A DNA stretch of 63,630 bases, counting the filler, from Octopus bimaculoides (lineage: Eukaryota): the NCBI RefSeq assembly GCF_001194135.2. It is 8 parts of 8 records of this genome, joined end to end, with 100 filler letters (N's around TTAATTAATTAA, not from the genome) between each part and the next. Parts side by side here need not be neighbours in the genome. Positions count along the whole stretch, not along the records: positions 56,966 to 61,739 come from NC_068984.1; positions 61,840 to 63,630 come from NW_026355624.1; 6 more parts are not named here. One strand, given 5' to 3'. The first letter of the stretch is position 1. Each line of letters begins with the position of its first letter. The translations under genes and the position numbers were made by a program. The notes below the pieces were generated by a model. The model made no database searches and was not told the DNA's origin. It was given only the letters and a program-made list of their open reading frames with translations. Shown one piece after another: positions 61,241-63,630 of the stretch.

Positions 61241-61839
61241 TAAAGTAAGGGTGATCCCAAAACGAAGGTGCGTATGCGTGTGTATAAGAGAGCATGTATG
61301 TGCGTGTGGAAGAGGGCTGATGATCTTGACATATGCGTGTGTGTATGTGTAGCTGTGTGGATGATTGTGTGAGGCTGGGAAGTGGTCAGTGCTAGTGTGT
61401 GCGTAGTGGTGCGGTGTGATGTGATGTGGTGTTGTGTGGTATGGTGGTATTTGATGTATTGGTGTGTGGTGTGGTGTGATGGTGTTGGGATGTGGGGGAA
61501 GCGAGAATGGGGAAAGCAAGGGTGGGGTGTGGGTTAGGTTGAGAGTGGGGGTAGAGGTGGAGTATGTGGGAGTAGGTGTAAGGGATGGGGTGGGGGTGGG
61601 ATGGGTTGAATAGGGAAGGTGAGGTTAGATTGTGTAGGTGTGGGGTTACGTTGGAGGGGTGACGATGAAGGGAGAGGAGAAAAGAGAATACAGGTAGGAG
61701 TAAGTATGTGTGAGAGGGAGAGAGGAGAGTGGAGGAGGTNNNNNNNNNNNNNNNNNNNNNNNNNNNNNNNNNNNNNNNNNNNNTTAATTAATTAANNNNN
61801 NNNNNNNNNNNNNNNNNNNNNNNNNNNNNNNNNNNNNNN

Positions 61840-63115
61840 GTACGTTTCTATGTACGTACGTAGGTAGGTATGTATGTACGTACATACATGCGTACGTAGA
61901 TATGCCTCTATGTACATACCTACGTACATACCTACGTATGTATGTATGTATGTACGGACGTACGTACTTAGGTATGAATGTACGGACGTACCTACGTAAG
62001 TATGCATGTACAGACATACGTACGAACATACGTAGATATGTATGTATTGACGTACGTACGTAGGTATGTATGTACGGACATGCGTACATACGTAGTTATG
62101 TATGTACGGACGTAAGTACGTACGTAGGTATGTACATACGAACGTACGTACGAACGTAGGTATGTTTGTTGGGAGGTACTTAGGTACATAGATATGTATG
62201 TACGTACGTAGCTACGTACGTAGCTACGTACGTAGCTACGTACGTACGTATATAATACATACATACGTAGTTACGTACGTACGTAAATACATATATACGT
62301 TGTTACGTATGTACGTACACACATACATGCGTAGTTACGTACGTACATACATGCATACATACGCAGTTAGGTACGTACGTACTACATGCATACATGCATA
62401 GTTACGTACGTACCTACGTCGTACATGCAGACATGCGTAGTTATGTACGTACCTACGTCCGTACATACATAAGTAGGTACGTACGTACATCCACAATACG
62501 TACGTAGGTACGTACGTATATCCATATATACGTACGTAGTTACGTACGTACATCCATACACTTGTACGTATGTACGTACGTACATACATACATACGTACG
62601 TAGTTATTTACCTATATCCATACATACGTACGTAGGTACGTACGTTCCTCCATACATACGTACATAGGTAGTTACGAACGTACATCCATACATACATACA
62701 TAGTTACGTAAGTACATACATACAAACATACGTAGGTTCGTACGTACATATATACATATATACGCAGGTACCTACGTCCATACATATATAGGGAGGTACG
62801 TAGTTACATCCATACATACATACGTAGGTACATACGTGCATACATACATAGGTAGATACATACGTACATCCATATATACATGCGTATGTACGTACGTACA
62901 TACATACATACATACATACGTACCTAGGTACGTGCGTACATACATACATACGTACGTAGGTACGTACGTACATACATACATACGTACGTATGTACGTACG
63001 TACTTACATATATCTGTACGTAGGCACGTACGCACATCCATACCTACGTAAGTAGGAACTACGTACATCCTTACATACGTACGTACATACGTACATACGT
63101 ACGTAGTTACTTTCG

Positions 63116-63149
<34 letters not shown>

Positions 63150-63420
63150 CGTATGTACGTACGTACACACACACACATACGTANNNNNNNNNNTACGTAC
63201 GTACATACATACATACATACATACGTACCTAGGTACGTGCGTACATACATACATACGTACGTAGGTACGTACGTACATACATACATACGTACGTATGTAC
63301 GTACGTACTTACATATATCTGTACGTAGGCACGTACGCACATCCATACCTACGTAAGTAGGAACTACGTACATCCTTACATACGTACGTACATACGTACA
63401 TACGTACGTAGTTACTTTCG

Positions 63421-63454
<34 letters not shown>

Positions 63455-63630
63455 CGTATGTACGTACGTACACACACACACATACGTACGTAGGTACGTA
63501 CGTACATACATACATACGTACGTAGGTACTTCCGTAATCCATACAGACGTACGTTCTTACGTACGTACATACATATATAGGTCCGTAGGTACGTACGTAC
63601 GTACATACATACGTACGTACATACGTACAT
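61840..63630. repeat. About 1.8-kb TACG/TACA/TAGG tetranucleotide-based satellite
   Basis: Directly visible; runs to the window end. Confidence 0.9.

Noticed and set aside
62889-63488. Apparent perfect tandem duplication of about 295 bp in the satellite
   Set aside because: The two copies flank a 10-N gap, typical of an unmerged contig overlap.

Overview
AT-rich animal genomic DNA from a gappy draft scaffold, dense in microsatellites and SINEs. The repeat types suggest a coleoid cephalopod, probably Octopus (inference; no database search was run). There is one convincing protein-coding gene: a 6.3-kb uninterrupted minus-strand ORF (14222-20557, 2111 aa) with about 25 zinc fingers. It is built around five dispersed copies of the same 79-aa C2H2-C2H2-C2HC triad. 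The rest is mobile DNA: several tRNA-derived SINE families (three young copies with 11-bp target-site duplications), restriction-like-endonuclease LINE fragments (R4/Dong-like and HERO-like), an RTE fragment, and MITEs (Mutator-like, hAT-like, Tc1/mariner-like, one with TTAGGG repeats). It also holds long fold-back palindromes and Penelope-type minimal hammerhead ribozyme motifs from three distinct families. One of these is fused to a tRNA-like Pol III head in a head-to-head palindrome just past the 3' end of the zinc-finger gene. I found no rRNA, genuine tRNA gene or CRISPR array. Seven TTAATTAATTAA strings inside N-runs are assembly linkers. Most short ORFs in the supplied track are microsatellite or antisense artefacts. 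Repeat boundaries and identities were read by eye and are approximate unless TSDs or TIRs are quoted.
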